Part shown: one piece after another, positions 50,300 through 63,962 of the stretch
Numbering within the stretch: position 1 is the first letter of the stretch
Layout of the letters: each line of letters begins with the position of its first letter
DNA from: Camelus ferus
Lineage: Eukaryota
Direction of reading: 5' to 3'
Length of the DNA: 64,000 nucleotides
NCBI RefSeq assembly: GCF_009834535.1
Contig: NC_045697.1
Location: 47,990,001 to 48,054,000 of the forward strand
The notes under the pieces: generated by a model
Told to the model about the DNA's origin: nothing
Seen by the model: the letters and a program-made list of their open reading frames with translations, nothing else
Databases searched by the model: none
Made by a program: the position numbers and the translations under genes

Positions 50300-53200
50300 T
50301 TGTTAGTTATCGCTTTCGTTTTCTTTCAGTCATCCAACAGGCATTGATGAGCACATACTAAGGTTACATATGTATCTATTAAGGGCATTTTAACCTTTAT
50401 ATAAATGGATCCTACTAAATATAATTTTTGGTGACTTGGTTTTATTTGACTTTGTTTTTAAAATTCAGCCATGTTCATATATATATGTAATTTTAGTTCT
50501 TTTTTCACTACTGTGTTGTATTCTGTTATATGAATATGCTGTAATTTATTCATTGTACTGTAGATATTTAGATTGTTTCCTCCCTTTTCTGGCTACTATA
50601 AGTAACGTAGCCATGAACATTCTTGTACATGTCTCCCGATAGAGTTCCTAGGAGTGGAATTGGTGGGTTGTAGAGGCTTATACATTCTTAGCTTTGTTAG
50701 GTAATACCATAAAGTTGTACAAAGTAGCTGTACTAAAATACACCCCCAAAAGTAACATGGTTTCTGTTTTTCTGTATTCTTCCGAACAGTTACTTAATAT
50801 TGTCAGATTTTTAAAGTTTTGCCAGTTACTGAGTAGGAAGCAATTCCTTATTGTACTCTTAATTTGCATTTTCCTAATCGCTAGTAAGTTTGAGCATCTT
50901 TTCATGTATTTGCCACGTTTCTTTTCTAAAATTGCTGTTGATGTCTTTTCCTCATTTTCACTCAGAGTATTTGTTTCTTATTGATTGGTAGTTTTTAACT
51001 TTTGTCTCTTTTGTATTGTAAATGTCTTCCATTCTATGGCTTTTCCTTTTGTTTTTGGTATCTTTTAATAAATAGATTTGATACTTTTATTGTAGTTGAA
51101 TTTAAAAGTCTTTTCTTTTATGGTTAGTGTATCATCTTATGTCTTATTAAAAATCCTACTCTACCCCAGCTCAGAAATATGTTTTCCTATATTATCTCCT
51201 AAAAGTTGTAAAGTTTTTCTCTAATTCTAATTAATTCTTGCATTCATTTGGAATTGTTTTTTTAGTATGGTACAAGGAGTCTAATTTTGAGAGGAATCTA
51301 ATCTTGTTTTTTCCCTGTGAATAACCAATAGTCTCAGCATCATTTAATGAATAGTTTTCCTTTTCCCACTGATAAGAAAAGTCACCTCTCTCATATAGTA
51401 GCTACATATAGGCCTGTTTTGGGACCTCCATTCTCTATGCCTGGTAGTCAGTTTATCTAACCTTGCATTAATTACTACATTGTCATAATGATGGCTTTAT
51501 ATTAAGATTTGATATCTTGTTTAGGAAGCCCTCTTACATTTTTCTTTTGCAGTGTCTTGGCACCTTGGGTGCCTTGAATCTTCCTCATGCATAAGACATA
51601 GCTTCTTAAGTTTCACAAAAAATGCTGTTAGGAGTTGCTTTGAATGTTTGGATCAATTTAAGAAGAGTCAACATCTTGGTTACATTGAATCTTCCTACTC
51701 ATGAATTTGGGCATTCTGTTATTTAGATCTTATTTAATGTCTTTGAATAAAACTTAATAACTTTTATAACTTTCTGCACACCGGTTGGGCACATATTTTG
51801 TTAGATTTGTTTCTAGATACCTTATAAGTTTTTTGTTTCATTTATAAGTCATGTCTCTTTTATTTTTAAAGTTGTTTTTTCCTGCCTATTTGCTGCTGGG
51901 GTATACAAATTACCATTAAGAAAAAAATGAAGATCTTATACTAAGCCTTTTTGGCTAAATTCTCATTTTTCCTAAAAATTTGTCTACAGATTCTTTAGGT
52001 TTTATGTGCAGATAATCATTTCATCTACTGATAGAGACTTTGTTTCTCCTTTGAAATTCTAATGTATTTAATTTCTTTTCCTTATTTTAATGTATTGACT
52101 AAGATGTTTAGTACAGTATTGAATTGAAGCATTAATACTGGACATGCTTCTATTCCCAATTTTAAAGGAAATGCTTCTAATATTTTTCCATTAGGAATAT
52201 TTGCTCTATATTTTTGGTAATTTTGGGGGGGGTTTCCTAGAAATTTCCTTCAATTTCTACTTTGCTAATTCTCATTCAACTGCTGAAAATTATTAAATGC
52301 TTTTCTTCATCTTTTGAGGTGATTTCATTGTTTTCTCATTTCATAGGCTGAAGTGATAAATTATATGTAAGCATTTTTTTCCCAATTTGAACCACACTTG
52401 GCATTCCTGAGATAAACCCAACTAGGTGCTTTTATACACTGCTGGATTTATTTTGATATTTGTCAAGAATTGTGAAGCCTCTTAGATTTTATGCTTACAA
52501 GCAAATAAGTTAGGCAATTATTGTTTGTTGTGTAGTAGTAGAAGACATGAGACTCCAGGGTCAGACATAGAACATTACCACTCAAGCAGCAAGGGGGGCC
52601 CAGAAACATTCTGTGTACACAAGTGAGTTTGCATTATGATTGAGTAATCCAAGTCCAAGGGTCCAGCACTTTTCAAGCAAGCAACAAATATAGTAGCAAG
52701 CTTCAAAAAGCCAGTCTTGATTCCCCAGGGGGACAAAGAGTTTCATGGTAGTATCGCTCTGGTTGCCTTGACCTATTTAGTTGTCTGTATATCTAACTGC
52801 AGAAATTGCCCAGTACCAAAAGACAGAATTTGTTACACTCACAAAGAATGAGGAAAACAAGCGAAGTGTAGGGACCCTGACAGACTGTCTTTCCCAACAA
52901 CTTTTTAAAGGAATTTTTCATAGATGTTCATGAATAAGATGGGCCTGTGTTTTTACAGTTCTTACTCAGTTCTCTCAAAGGGTTTGTGTAAGATGGAAAT
53001 AATCTTTCTTGAAATTTTGATAGAATAAGACTATAAAACCGTCATTGACTGCTATTTTCTTTGTGGAAAATATGTAACTACTACCTCAATATATTTGAGT
53101 TGTAGGAACTATTGAGTCTTTCTAATTGTTAATGAGTCAGTTTTGTAGGACCATATCTGTAGTATTGGAATTTTTCAGCCTTTTAAACTTTGCAAATTTG

Positions 53201-56200
53201 TGTGCATAAAGTTGTTCATAATATTCTCCTGATATATTTTTAGACTCTGTTTAGTTTATAGCTCTCTTACCCCTTTCTTCATTTGTGAGATTATTTGTGC
53301 CTTCTATCTTTTTTTTTTTTCTGATTTAGTCTCCCCAGAGATTTGTCAGTTATGTTGTTTTCAGTGAATCAGTGATGGCTTTTATTTTTTAAAAACTGGT
53401 TTGTTTCTGTTTATTCTGTTTTGTCTTGATTTGTTATATATTTTTTCTTTTTTTAAGTTGAATATATGGCTTATTTATATTTGGATTTCCTTATTTTCAA
53501 ATATAAGCATTTAAGAATATAAATTTGTCTATTTGGCAATTTTTTTGGTATCCCACAATTTTAATATGAAATATTTTCATTATTGTTTTGGCTTAAGTAT
53601 TTAATATAGGTTATCATATCTTTGACTCATCAGTTTTTTAAAATTTCCATGCATGTGTGATTTTAAATTTAGCTTTTTTTTATTGTTAGCTTTAAACTTA
53701 ATTGCAATACAGCCAGTTAAGGTAGTCTATATGATCCAGTTCTTTTACGCTTGTTGATTCTTGCTTTTTGGCCTAGCATGTGATCAATTTTTGTAAGTTT
53801 TTTTATTGCATCTGAAAGGAATATTGTTTCTCTGATTGTTGAGTACATATTTATATATTTCTCCCTTATATCAAATTCATCATTTGTGTTCTTCAGATTT
53901 TCTGTATCTTTAGGAATTTTCGACTGTTCTTTTAATAATTAAGGTATTTATGCTAAAATTTCCATTAAAAAGGTGGTTTTGTTCATTTCCCCATGTAGTT
54001 CAGTCAGCTTTTGCTTTATATACGTTGAGATTATTTTATTAGGTATATCAGCTATGCCCATATATTGCTGTACCTTCTGGGTAAATTGAACTTGAAGTTT
54101 AGCTTGTGAGCCTCTTGTTAATAAGTTTTTGTCTTATGGTCTATGTTGTCTAACAGCTATGCAAGTTTTCTTTTGGTTAATGTTTGTCTAATATATCTTT
54201 CTCATTTGTTTACTTTCAACCTTTCAGTATACTTATACTTAGGTGTATAGCTTATAAATAGTATATAACTGGACTTTATTTTTAATCCAGTCTGACTTTA
54301 TTTTGTTTTCAGTGTGTGGGTTCAGACCAGTTGCCTTATCTCTATTGCAATTATTGATATTTTTATGTTGTTACCATCCTACTTTTTGATTCCATTCTTT
54401 GTGACTTTTCTCTCTTTTTGCCTTTCTAAAAGTAGATTTTTCTTTCCCCTTGCTTGTTCCTCAATGTGTATGCTTTCTATCAACTGGTCACTCTTGAAAT
54501 TGTACCTTGAATATATTTTTATTAAATTTTTAGCAACTTTTTTTTAACTAAACTATATGTATGTAGTGAAATTGACCTCTTTGTTGATAGACATTCACAT
54601 TTGGTGAATATTGTCAGATGTATGCAGTTGCATAACCACTACCACAATTGGAAAATAGAACTATTCTATCATCCTCCAGAATTCATTCATCAACACCTTT
54701 CCCCCAGTCTCAGCACTTGGGAGCTACTTTTCCAGAATGTCATACATGGAAACACATAGTATAGAGCTATTTGAATCTGGATTCTTTCATTTAGCATAAT
54801 TATTTGAGGTTCATCCATATTGTTGCATATGTCAGCAGATCATTTCTCTTGGTGAGTAGTATTCCATTGTGTGGATAGACCATTGATTTTTATCTGTTCA
54901 CAAGTTGAAGGGTATTTGGGTTGTTTCCAGTTATTACTGATTAGGAATAAAGACACTGTAAATACTTGAATAGATTTTTGTGTGAATTAAGTTTTTACTT
55001 TCCTTGAGTAAATACCTAGGAGTGGAACTGCCAGGTGGTGTGGTAAATGTATGTTAAGCAGTCTGGCAGTTTCTTATTAAGTTTATCTGGCTGATAAGCC
55101 ACCATAGTGCATTTATCATTTTGTATTCTTAACCAAAAATATGAGAGAGTTTTAGTTGCTGTGCATCCTCATCAGCACTTGGTATTATCAATTTTTTTTA
55201 TTTTTGTCATTCTAATAGGATATAGTAATATCTCGTGGTGTAAATTGTCATTTCTCTGATGAATAATTATACTTTTCATGTGTTTATTTGCTATCTGTGT
55301 ATCTTCCCTGGTGAGGTGAAGTGTTTATTCACATCTTTTGCCTAGTTTTATTATTGAATTGCTTTTTTCTAAGTAGTGAAATTTGAGAGTTCATTATATA
55401 TTCTGGATTCAAGTCCTTTTTAAAGTAAGTGTTTTGCAAATATTTTCTCCCAACCTGTGGCTTGTATGTTTATTTTCTTTACAAGGCCTTTTGAAGAACA
55501 ATTTTCCATTTCGATGAAGTCCCATTTAACACTTATTTTTGTGTATGGATTATGTCTTTGGTGTCACATCTAAGGAATATTTGCCTCACCCAAGTACATG
55601 AAGATTTTCTTCTAGAAATTTTATGGTTAAATTTTACGTATAGATCTGTGGTCTGTTTTGAGTTGATTTTTGTGTATATCCTGCAAAGTTTGTTCTTTTG
55701 CATATGCACATCCAGTCAGCTGGACTGCCTTGTCCTTTGCTTCCTACTTGTACGTAGCCTTAAGGTCAGACAGTAGGGAGAGCTTAGGCTGTTTCTAGGT
55801 CTTTCCTAAACCTGTGCATAGGCATCTATGTATGTAAGACCTTCTAGAGTCCCAGGAATATGTCGGGGCTTTTCAAAGCCTCTGTTGACATCTCATTCCC
55901 AGGCTTCCCCTTTTAAGCTTTTTGGTTAGTCTCTTGTTTGCCTCAGTTGTTTCAATGATGTCAGGCACCCACAAATTTAAAATATTTGGCAGTAATAGTT
56001 TCCTCAAACATCCCCCAAACCTCTACCTCTCTCCTTGAGGAAAAAGTCTCTTAGCACTAGGCAAGAGTGAAGGAACCACCACACAGGTTAGATAATGACC
56101 AGTGTTTGGGAACAAGGCTTTGGGATCACTCCAGCTCAGTTTTGGTTGCTCCTGTGGCTGCCAAGCTGCCCTGGCAATGAGGGACGAGGAGAAATCAAAA

Positions 56201-58860
56201 CTCCACAAATCATTGTCCTTTTTTCTTGAATAAACACTCCCTGAGTTGCTGCGATTATTTAGTTAATTTCTAGAGTTCTGAAATAGCTGAGTTTGCAATT
56301 TTTACTGGCTTTTGTTTTTATTTTTGTTACTGCTTTTATGGAGGGGCAGAGTTTTGGATGTCTTTTACTTCACTATTTTTGCTGAGTTTTTCTATCCATT
56401 TCCTTTTGAGTGAGTTCTGGTCATTTCTGTCTTTCAAGGAATGTATTTCTTCTCAGTTGTTGAGTTTATGGACATAAATTTTTCTTAGTATTATCTGTCC
56501 TTTTAATGTCTCCAGGGCTGGTCTCCCTTTCATTCTTGATATTTATAATTTGTGGTTTTTTGTCCTGGTTAAAGAGAGGTTTGTCAATTTTTTTTACCTT
56601 TTTCAAAGTACCATCTTTTGAGTTCAGTAGTAATCTATTATTTTTCTGTTTTAAATTTTATAGATTTCAACTCTTTATTAGTTCCTTCCTTTTTGGTTTC
56701 TTTGTGGGCATAGTTGCCCTTCTTTTTTAAGATTCTTAATATGGAAGTTAGATCACTGCTTTTGATTTTTCTTTTCTAATATAAGCACTTAATGCTATAA
56801 ATTTTCCTCTAACCACTGATTTAGCTGTATCCTACAAATTTTGATAATACATTTTCATTTTAATTGAATTAAAACATTACAAAATACCTTGTGACTCCTT
56901 CTTTAATCTATGGATTATTTAGAAGTATGGTATTTAATTTCAAAATATTTGGCTATTTTCCAGGTACCTATCTGTTGTTGATCATTAGGTTTATTTTGTT
57001 ATGGTTAAATAGTAAGCTCTGTATGATTTTAATTCTTTTAAATGTTATAATATAGTTTGTTTTCTGGCCCAGAATATGTATGGCTTTTCTTGGTGAATAT
57101 TCATCTGTACTGGGAAAGAATGTATATTTTCCTGTATTTGAATAGAGTATTGTATAGATACAAGTTAGCTGACAGCGTTGTTTGAGTCTTCTTCATCTTC
57201 ATCAATTTTCTATCTACTTTTATGTTGGTAACTGATAGAGCAGTGTTAAAAAGTCTCACATACTATCTTGCAACTCTTTAGAGATACCATTCCATTGTAT
57301 TGTAGCTTCTGTTGTTGCTCATGAATTTTGTTGGCATTCTCATGTTTTTTCTTTTGAAGTAATTTGTCCTTTTTCCCTATCTGGTTTTAAAGTCTTCTGT
57401 TTGCCATTGGCATTCTCTAATTTGCAGTACAGTATAAACTGAAAGTTTTTATAAACTTTGTGTATGTTGTGCTACTTGTATCAGTTTATTTAATTTTTTA
57501 AAATTAGGTTTTGAAAGTTTGCAACCTTTTTCTTTTCAAATATTGCCTCTTCTCATTTCTTCCCTCTCTCTAATCTCTCCTTCTGGCAAGGAGTTAATCT
57601 GGGTTTACTATTTATGGTAGGTGTGTCAGAATCCAGAATTTCTTCTAGTGTCCTTGTTTTTATCTTCTCTGTTATCCTTGGGTTTTCCTAGAAACTCTTT
57701 AAATAAGATCTGAAGCTTGAAGTTCTTGTAGCTCTAATGCTCTGTTATACACGAGCTCTGCTGATGTGGTGGTGACGTATGGAAGGAGAGGAAGAGTCCT
57801 CTAGTCCTGTGGTTAGGTCTCAATCTTTCAGCGAGCCTGAGCTGGGTGACCCCACTGCCCACACACATCAGCCTAGCGGGGGCTGGAGTGGGATACTTCT
57901 CTTATCCCAGGTTGATTAGGGTTTGGTAAAATCCCACTCAGTTATACTCTGGTTAAACAGTTTCCCTCGTGGGCAGAATTTGTTTTGGGAAGGCATTACT
58001 TTCTCTTCTACCTGCCAGAAGCATAAGGGAATTTTTCTGCTGTCTTTATAGTGAGAACCTGGTAGGATTCTTGGGGGTAAAACTCAGGAAAGTGTGGGGA
58101 TCTCTAAGAATGGGTCCACTCTAGTTTTTAACTCTCAAGCTAATCTTCTCTGAGCCTCCAGCAATTTGTCAAATACGACTTAAAAGTGCTCCGACTCATA
58201 CTGGTTCCAGTTCTGGGCTTCTGCTCCCGCTAGGCTGTGTCTCTCTGATCCGCCTGCTTGTGTTCAGGACAGCAGTTTGCCCTGTGATTTCAGTTGTGAG
58301 GATGGGAATGTCTCTATATATTGGTCCAGAAACCAAAGTACTGTTCTCTCTTTCTAGAGCTCCAATTTAACGTATATTAAGATTTCTTGTTTCTAACTCG
58401 AGTTAGAACAAGAACATCACTGTCTGATGTTTTACATCTTTTTGATGCTCAGTGATGTATTTTGGATCATTTCATTAAATATATTTCTTCTGTTTACTTG
58501 TCTTATTTTCAGCTGTGTAATCTACTGCTTAAGTCAATCATCATGGTTTTCCCCCTAGTACTTTGAGTTATAATCGCATACAGTAAAATGCATAAATATT
58601 TAAGTATGTAGCTTGACTAATTTTGACAAAAGTATACATCTGTGGAATCACTAGCTTGCTCAAGACAAAGAACTTCTCCGTCACCCCAGGAAGTTTCCTT
58701 TTCCCACTTTCAAGTCAGTTGGAAGCTGCCAACCAGATTTTCACCAAAGTTGTACTGTTTTACACACCTCCACCAGCAATTTCTGAGAGTACCATTCTTT
58801 TTAACCACTTTGTTGGTCAGTGTTTTTTAACTTTAGTTGTTCTAGGTGGTGTGTGTTGCA
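50300..58860 (-). mobile_element. Nested cluster of old antisense L1M pieces (3' ends, ORF2 remnants, 5'-region-like blocks at ~55715-56385 and ~57585-58330)
   Basis: T-rich degenerate L1 motifs throughout (minus ORF MKRCSNLLAIRKMQIKSTIR). Individual boundaries not resolved. Confidence 0.75.
52461..52899 (-). mobile_element. ERVL-type solo LTR inserted in L1
   Basis: TG...CA ends; gaagacatgagactccagggtcagac motif; L1 sequence resumes on both sides. Confidence 0.6.
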
Positions 58861-59644
58861 TTGAAGATTTTCTCTGTTTTAACTGTTAGAATCTTCATTT
58901 CTGGAAGTTCCACAGTTTTTGTTTTTTCAACTCGTGTTTACTAGACTATTTTTACATGATTGTTTTAACAAACACTGCTTTTATTTCTTAAGGGAATATG
59001 TAGTCGAGGGAATACATAGATTTAACTGTCACTTATTTTTTTTGATATTTGATAAATCTGTACTCTTAGTATTCAGATACTGCTGATCACTATCATAAAA
59101 AATTCTAATTTTCTTCTCAGATTTAAGTAACTCATCTTGGTTATGATAGGTTTTCTTTTCACTTGAAATATCTTCCTTTTCTCCATATGTAATATAAAAA
59201 TTCCAACTAGGAAGATCCTCCTTTTTTGTATTACTCATTCTTTCTCATACAAGGCTATTTTTCTTCTAGTTAGAATATTTTCTTCAAAGATAAATATAGA
59301 ACCTATAGGATTACTTCAAGATGCCAACTCGTGATACTACTCCAGACTTGACCAAGATTAGTGTATATATATATGTGTGTGTAAGTGTACAATGTACGTA
59401 CACAACAAACCCAGATTATAGATATACAGTATAGACAGTGAAATCTGCAAAGAATTCCTTTGACGTTTTTCTTTATGACTACCTTAACAAAAAGAGTATT
59501 TAATTCATATGATTTCTTTAAATTTATGTAACATTAAATACAGTAAAATTAACTTTAGAAAATTAGTATTTTGTTTTATAGAGTACTTTTGTCTTGTCTT
59601 CCCACTGTAAGTCTTACAGATTTTATTTTTGTCATCTTCTTTAG

Positions 59645-59734
59645 GCAATCCTTTATCACAGGATATTCTCAATTTATACCAGGACCCAGATGGAACCCGA
59701 AAGCTACTGAACTTCATGCTTGACAATCTTGCAG
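59645..59734 (+). CDS. CNOT6L: CNOT6L coding exon 5 (90 nt): GNPLSQDILNLYQDPDGTRKLLNFMLDNLA
   Basis: tcttctttag acceptor, CAG|gtaatt donor. Continues the frame. The gene is truncated by the window end (EEP nuclease exons absent). Confidence 0.97.
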
Positions 59735-59894
59735 GTAATTATTAATGACAAAACAGTAAACTCTATAGATATAACTGTTAACTAGTATATATCCTGTTGC
59801 TTAAGAGCATCTGGCCATTTTTTATAACTGCCTATAGGTTTGAAGTTCCTGCCATTAGTATATCCCATGGTGGTGGGACATTCTTATTGTCACA

Positions 59895-60100
59895 TACTGA
59901 GTGCTTTCTATTTACCAAGCAATATGTTAGGGACTTTAGTTACATTATCTTGTTGAATCTTTCTAATAACCCAAGAGGTAGGAATTTTTACTGGCATTGT
60001 ATGGATGCATATTCTGAAATGCAGAGAATAAAGTAATTTACCCAGGTACAGCTAACTAATGCGGAGGCTATGAACCCAACATTGTCTTGGTCTTAATTAC
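59895..60100 (-). mobile_element. MIR SINE
   Basis: aatctttctaataacccaagaggtagga...tgaaatgcagagaataaagtaatttacccagg, antisense MIR core. Confidence 0.7.
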
Positions 60101-61499
60101 AAAGATACATAGTTATCAATTGTTTGAATTCATTACTGATGTGGAACCCACACACTGTGTACATTTTTCATGAATGAAATGACTTGTTTGATTCACCACA
60201 CATTTGTAGAAATTTTGCAAGCAGGATTTTAATTAAGAACACCAGATTTATCTGACTAAAATAGTTGTATTCCAGATGGAAATTTTTTTTATATAAGAAG
60301 GCTATTAAATTATTCAACTTAAAAACTTTATTTTTTTATTTTTTTGCTTAAGCACTCAAAATACAGGTAGAAGTATGGAGATGCTACTGAATTCTGAGTG
60401 TTTTTTTTGTTTTTTGGGGTTTTTTTTTTGAATAATGCCTTACTAAAATACAATATCCTGAAACAGCTAGAGAAATCTAGATTCCAGCATAGAGGCCATT
60501 ATCACAGTATTTTGGCTGGACTCTTTTCAGTTCTATCATAGAAGACACCTACCTATGTAGAAAAAAATTTAAAAAGTAGTGTTAATTTTGTTTTACCTTA
60601 TTGTAAGTCTTACTATTTTTTAAATTTTGGCTAAAAAGACTAAAAGTTGATTGATGAGAGAGAGACAACAAACTTATTAGGAAGTCCTTTTAGTAAGAAA
60701 TTAAGACTGTTTGGCCCTTTAAGCTTAACAAAGCATGTATATGTTATTTCCTTCTTGTTTTAAAATTTAGTATCTCTCTTGTCTGTGTGGGTATAGCCAG
60801 TTGACCCAGCCATATGGCATGTGTGGTGTGTGTGTGTGATTTTTAAGTTCTTCATGTGCTTTAGATATAAGCTGTTTGCTGGTGCACATGTTGCAAATAC
60901 CTTTTCCCGTGCTCTTGTTGCTTTTTCACTCTCTTAATTTGTCTCTTGATGAACAGAAAAATATTTAACATACTATGATGCTTATTGATCTTTTCTGTTA
61001 TGGTACTGCTTTTGTCTTCTTTTTAAGAATTTTTCCTTACCTCAAGCTTAAGAATGCATTCTCCTATATTATTACTTAAAACCCCCATTTTACTTGCAAC
61101 ATTTAGAGCTGTAAGCTTCCTGAAATTGTTATTTGTGTAACATAGGATTCAATTTTCATAGCTCTTCTAAATGTATATTAAATTGATCCTGAGCCATTTA
61201 TTGAAGACTGTCCTTTCATTATTGTTTTTTTGTGCCAACTTTGTCGTGAATCATCAGTGTTTGTATAGATTATTTCTAGATTCTCTGTTCTCTCTCTAGT
61301 CTTTGTGGCCATGTAACACTGTCGTTAATTATGGTAACTTTATAAAATGTTTTGAAATCCAGTAGAGTAAGTCTTTCCCCCTTGAGTCTTGGCTAGTTTT
61401 GGCCCCATGCTTCTTTTGCCTTGTATTTTCATTACAGTTGTTACAATCAGCTTTTCAAATTTCTCCCTTCTCCTAAGTGTAAGGATTTTCATTGAGATA

Positions 61500-61716
61500 C
61501 AATTGACCCTTGAACAACATAGGTTTGCACTGCACAAATCCACTTGTACATGGATTTTTTTCCCCAGTGACTATGTACTACACTATTATAGGATCCATGT
61601 TTGGTTGAATCTGCAGATGTGGAGCCATGGATATGGAGTGCTGGCTGTAAAGTTATATGGGAATCTTCAACTGTAGCGGGGGTTAGGTCTCCACTGTGTT
61701 GTTCAGGGGTCAACTG
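61500..61716. mobile_element. MER8-like TcMar-Tigger MITE
   Basis: 22-bp TIRs (caattgacccttgaacaacata / tgtgttgttcaggggtcaactg, 3 mismatches) flanked by TA duplications (61498-99, 61717-18). Confidence 0.9.
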
Positions 61717-62640
61717 TATACTGAATCTTTAGATCACTTTGGAAAGAGTTGACATGTTAACAACACTGGGTGTTTTCTAATCTAACAATGTAGAATATTC
61801 TTTCATTTATTGTGCCTTGTCCAGTTTCTCTGAATATTGAGTTTTAGATTTCTGGGTAGTGGTCTTGTGCATTTTTTATTACATTTATTCTAGGTATTGC
61901 TTTTTGATGCTTTTGTATTCTTTTTGAAAATACACATTATCTTAATGGTTACTGCTGGTTTGTGGAGTACAGTAGAATTTTGTATACTTGCTGGTATTCC
62001 GTCATCTTGCTGAATACTTGCTAATAAATACATGTTCAGCCACTTTGCTCAACTCTTCTTAATCCTAATGCATTTTAATGTCAATTTATACAATGATCTC
62101 ATCTGCAAATAATGGTACCTTTATTATTCTTTTTCTGATTTTTTTATCTTTTGTTTCTCTTTCTTGCTTTATTGCACCTGGTGACCCCACCAGTAAAATG
62201 ATAACCAAAAGTGGTGATAATGAGCATCTTTGTCTGATTTCAAAAGCTTTTAATGTTTATGATTAAGTATGATATTCACTGTAGTTTTTATATAGATAAC
62301 TTTAATCAGATTAAGGAAGTTTTATCTATTCCTGGTTTGCTAGGAGAGTTCTTATTTTTTAATATGGATTAGTGTTGAATTTTATCAAATGCTTTTTCTC
62401 TAATGAGATGAATATATAGTTTTTGTCCTTTATTCTGTTAATTTAGTAATTGCATTGATTGCTTTTCATGTTATACTGTCTTTGCATTCCTGGAATAAGC
62501 CCAAATTGGTTGTAATATATTATCCTTTTTATATATATCCCTGTGTTTAGCTTGCTAATATTTTACTTAGGATTTTTTGCATGTGTGTTTGAGTGAGATT
62601 GCTAGTAGTTTTCCTTTCTTCAATAGCTTTGTCAAGTTTT

Positions 62641-62780
62641 TTTTTTTTTTAACATTTTTTATTGATTTATAATCATTTTACAATGTGTCAAATTCCAGTG
62701 TTCAGCACAATTTTTCAGTTATTCATGGACATATACACACTCATTGTCACATTTTTTTCTCTGTGAGTTATCATAACATT
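62641..62780 (-). mobile_element. Young L1 3' fragment with perfect 13-bp TSD
   Basis: Poly(T) + tttattg polyA signal; TSD TTTGTCAAGTTTT at 62628-40 and 62781-93. Confidence 0.92.
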
Positions 62781-63716
62781 TTTGTCAAGTTTTAACATAA
62801 AGGTTATACTGGCCTCATGAGCCTCATGAAAGTTACTGGAAATTATTTTCTAATTTTCTATTATTTGGAAGAGTTTCTCTAAGATTGGTGTTCTTTCTTA
62901 ATTGTTTGGTAGAGTATATCTGACCCTGGGGTTTCTTTGTAGGAAGTTTCAGTTACTGATTTAATTTCTTTAATAACTGTAATACTTTTCTGATTTTCCA
63001 TTTCTCTATCAGTTTCTGAAAGTTTTGCTGATTTGGTAATTTGCATATTTTATCTAAATCTTCAAATTTATTGATATACAGTTCAAAATATCTTTTTATG
63101 ATGTTTTAATGTCCATTTAATATATAATGATGTACTCTTTTCCATTCCAGATATTAGTTATTTGTGTTGCCTCTGTTTCATGACTAGATTTGCTCAGGGA
63201 TTTATCAGTATTTTCTTTAAAGAAAAGAACCAATTTTTAGCTTTGTTGGTCATCTCTATTATATGTTTTTCCCCCCAATATCAGTAATTTCTTATCTTTA
63301 TTTGTTCCTTCTGGTTTCTTTGGGTTTCATTTGCTGCTTTTCCCCCCAATTCAAGATAAACACCTCAGTCGTTCACTTTTAGATTTCCTTTTTTTTTTTT
63401 GGTCTGATGTAATCATCAATAAATCTCCCTTTAAATATGGCTTGTAGCTGCATCCCACAAGTTTTAATTTGTATAATTTTCTTTATCATTCAGTTCAGCA
63501 TATTTTCTAGTAGCTCTCATTTCTTCTTTGATAAGTCATTTAGAAGTTTCTTTGTTTTTAGGGGAATTTTTCTAGTTTTCTTTGTTGTTGATTCCTAGCT
63601 TAATTCCAGTGTGGTCAGAGAGTATGCTTTAATTGACTTAAATTTTTAAAATGTGTTATTACCTAACACATGCTTACGTTTTGTGAATGGTTAAATATGT
63701 AGTTAAAAAGAATGTT

Positions 63717-63962
63717 GGGTGGGAAGGGACAGAATGGAATTTCAAACTTCATAGATACTGACAGGCATATGTAGAGTGGATAAACAGGATTATACTGTAT
63801 AGCACAGAGAAATATATACAGGATCTTGTGGTAGCTCACAACGAAAAAAAAAGGTGACAATGAAAGTATGTATGTTCATGTATAGCTGAATAATTGTGCT
63901 CTATGTGGGAATTTGACACAACATTGTAAAATGACTATAACTCAATAAAAAAATGTTTAAAA
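63717..63962 (+). mobile_element. Young L1 3' fragment with 12-bp TSD (sense to gene)
   Basis: AATAAA 63944-49, A tail, TSD AAAAAGAATGTT at 63705-16 and 63963-74. Confidence 0.92.

Larger units (their letters stand above)
60840..63700 (-). mobile_element. Old antisense L1M remnant hosting younger insertions
   Basis: gttgcaaataccttttccc..., atctgcaaataatgg, tttgcattcctggaataagccc ORF2 remnants. Confidence 0.8.

Noticed and set aside
42912..59734. Assignment to paralog CNOT6 or to a processed pseudogene
   Set aside because: Residues RRIYTIMSAEEVA, GRVRSLSTSL and the MRLIG start fit CNOT6L as I recall it. Canonical introns and an intact frame exclude a retrocopy.
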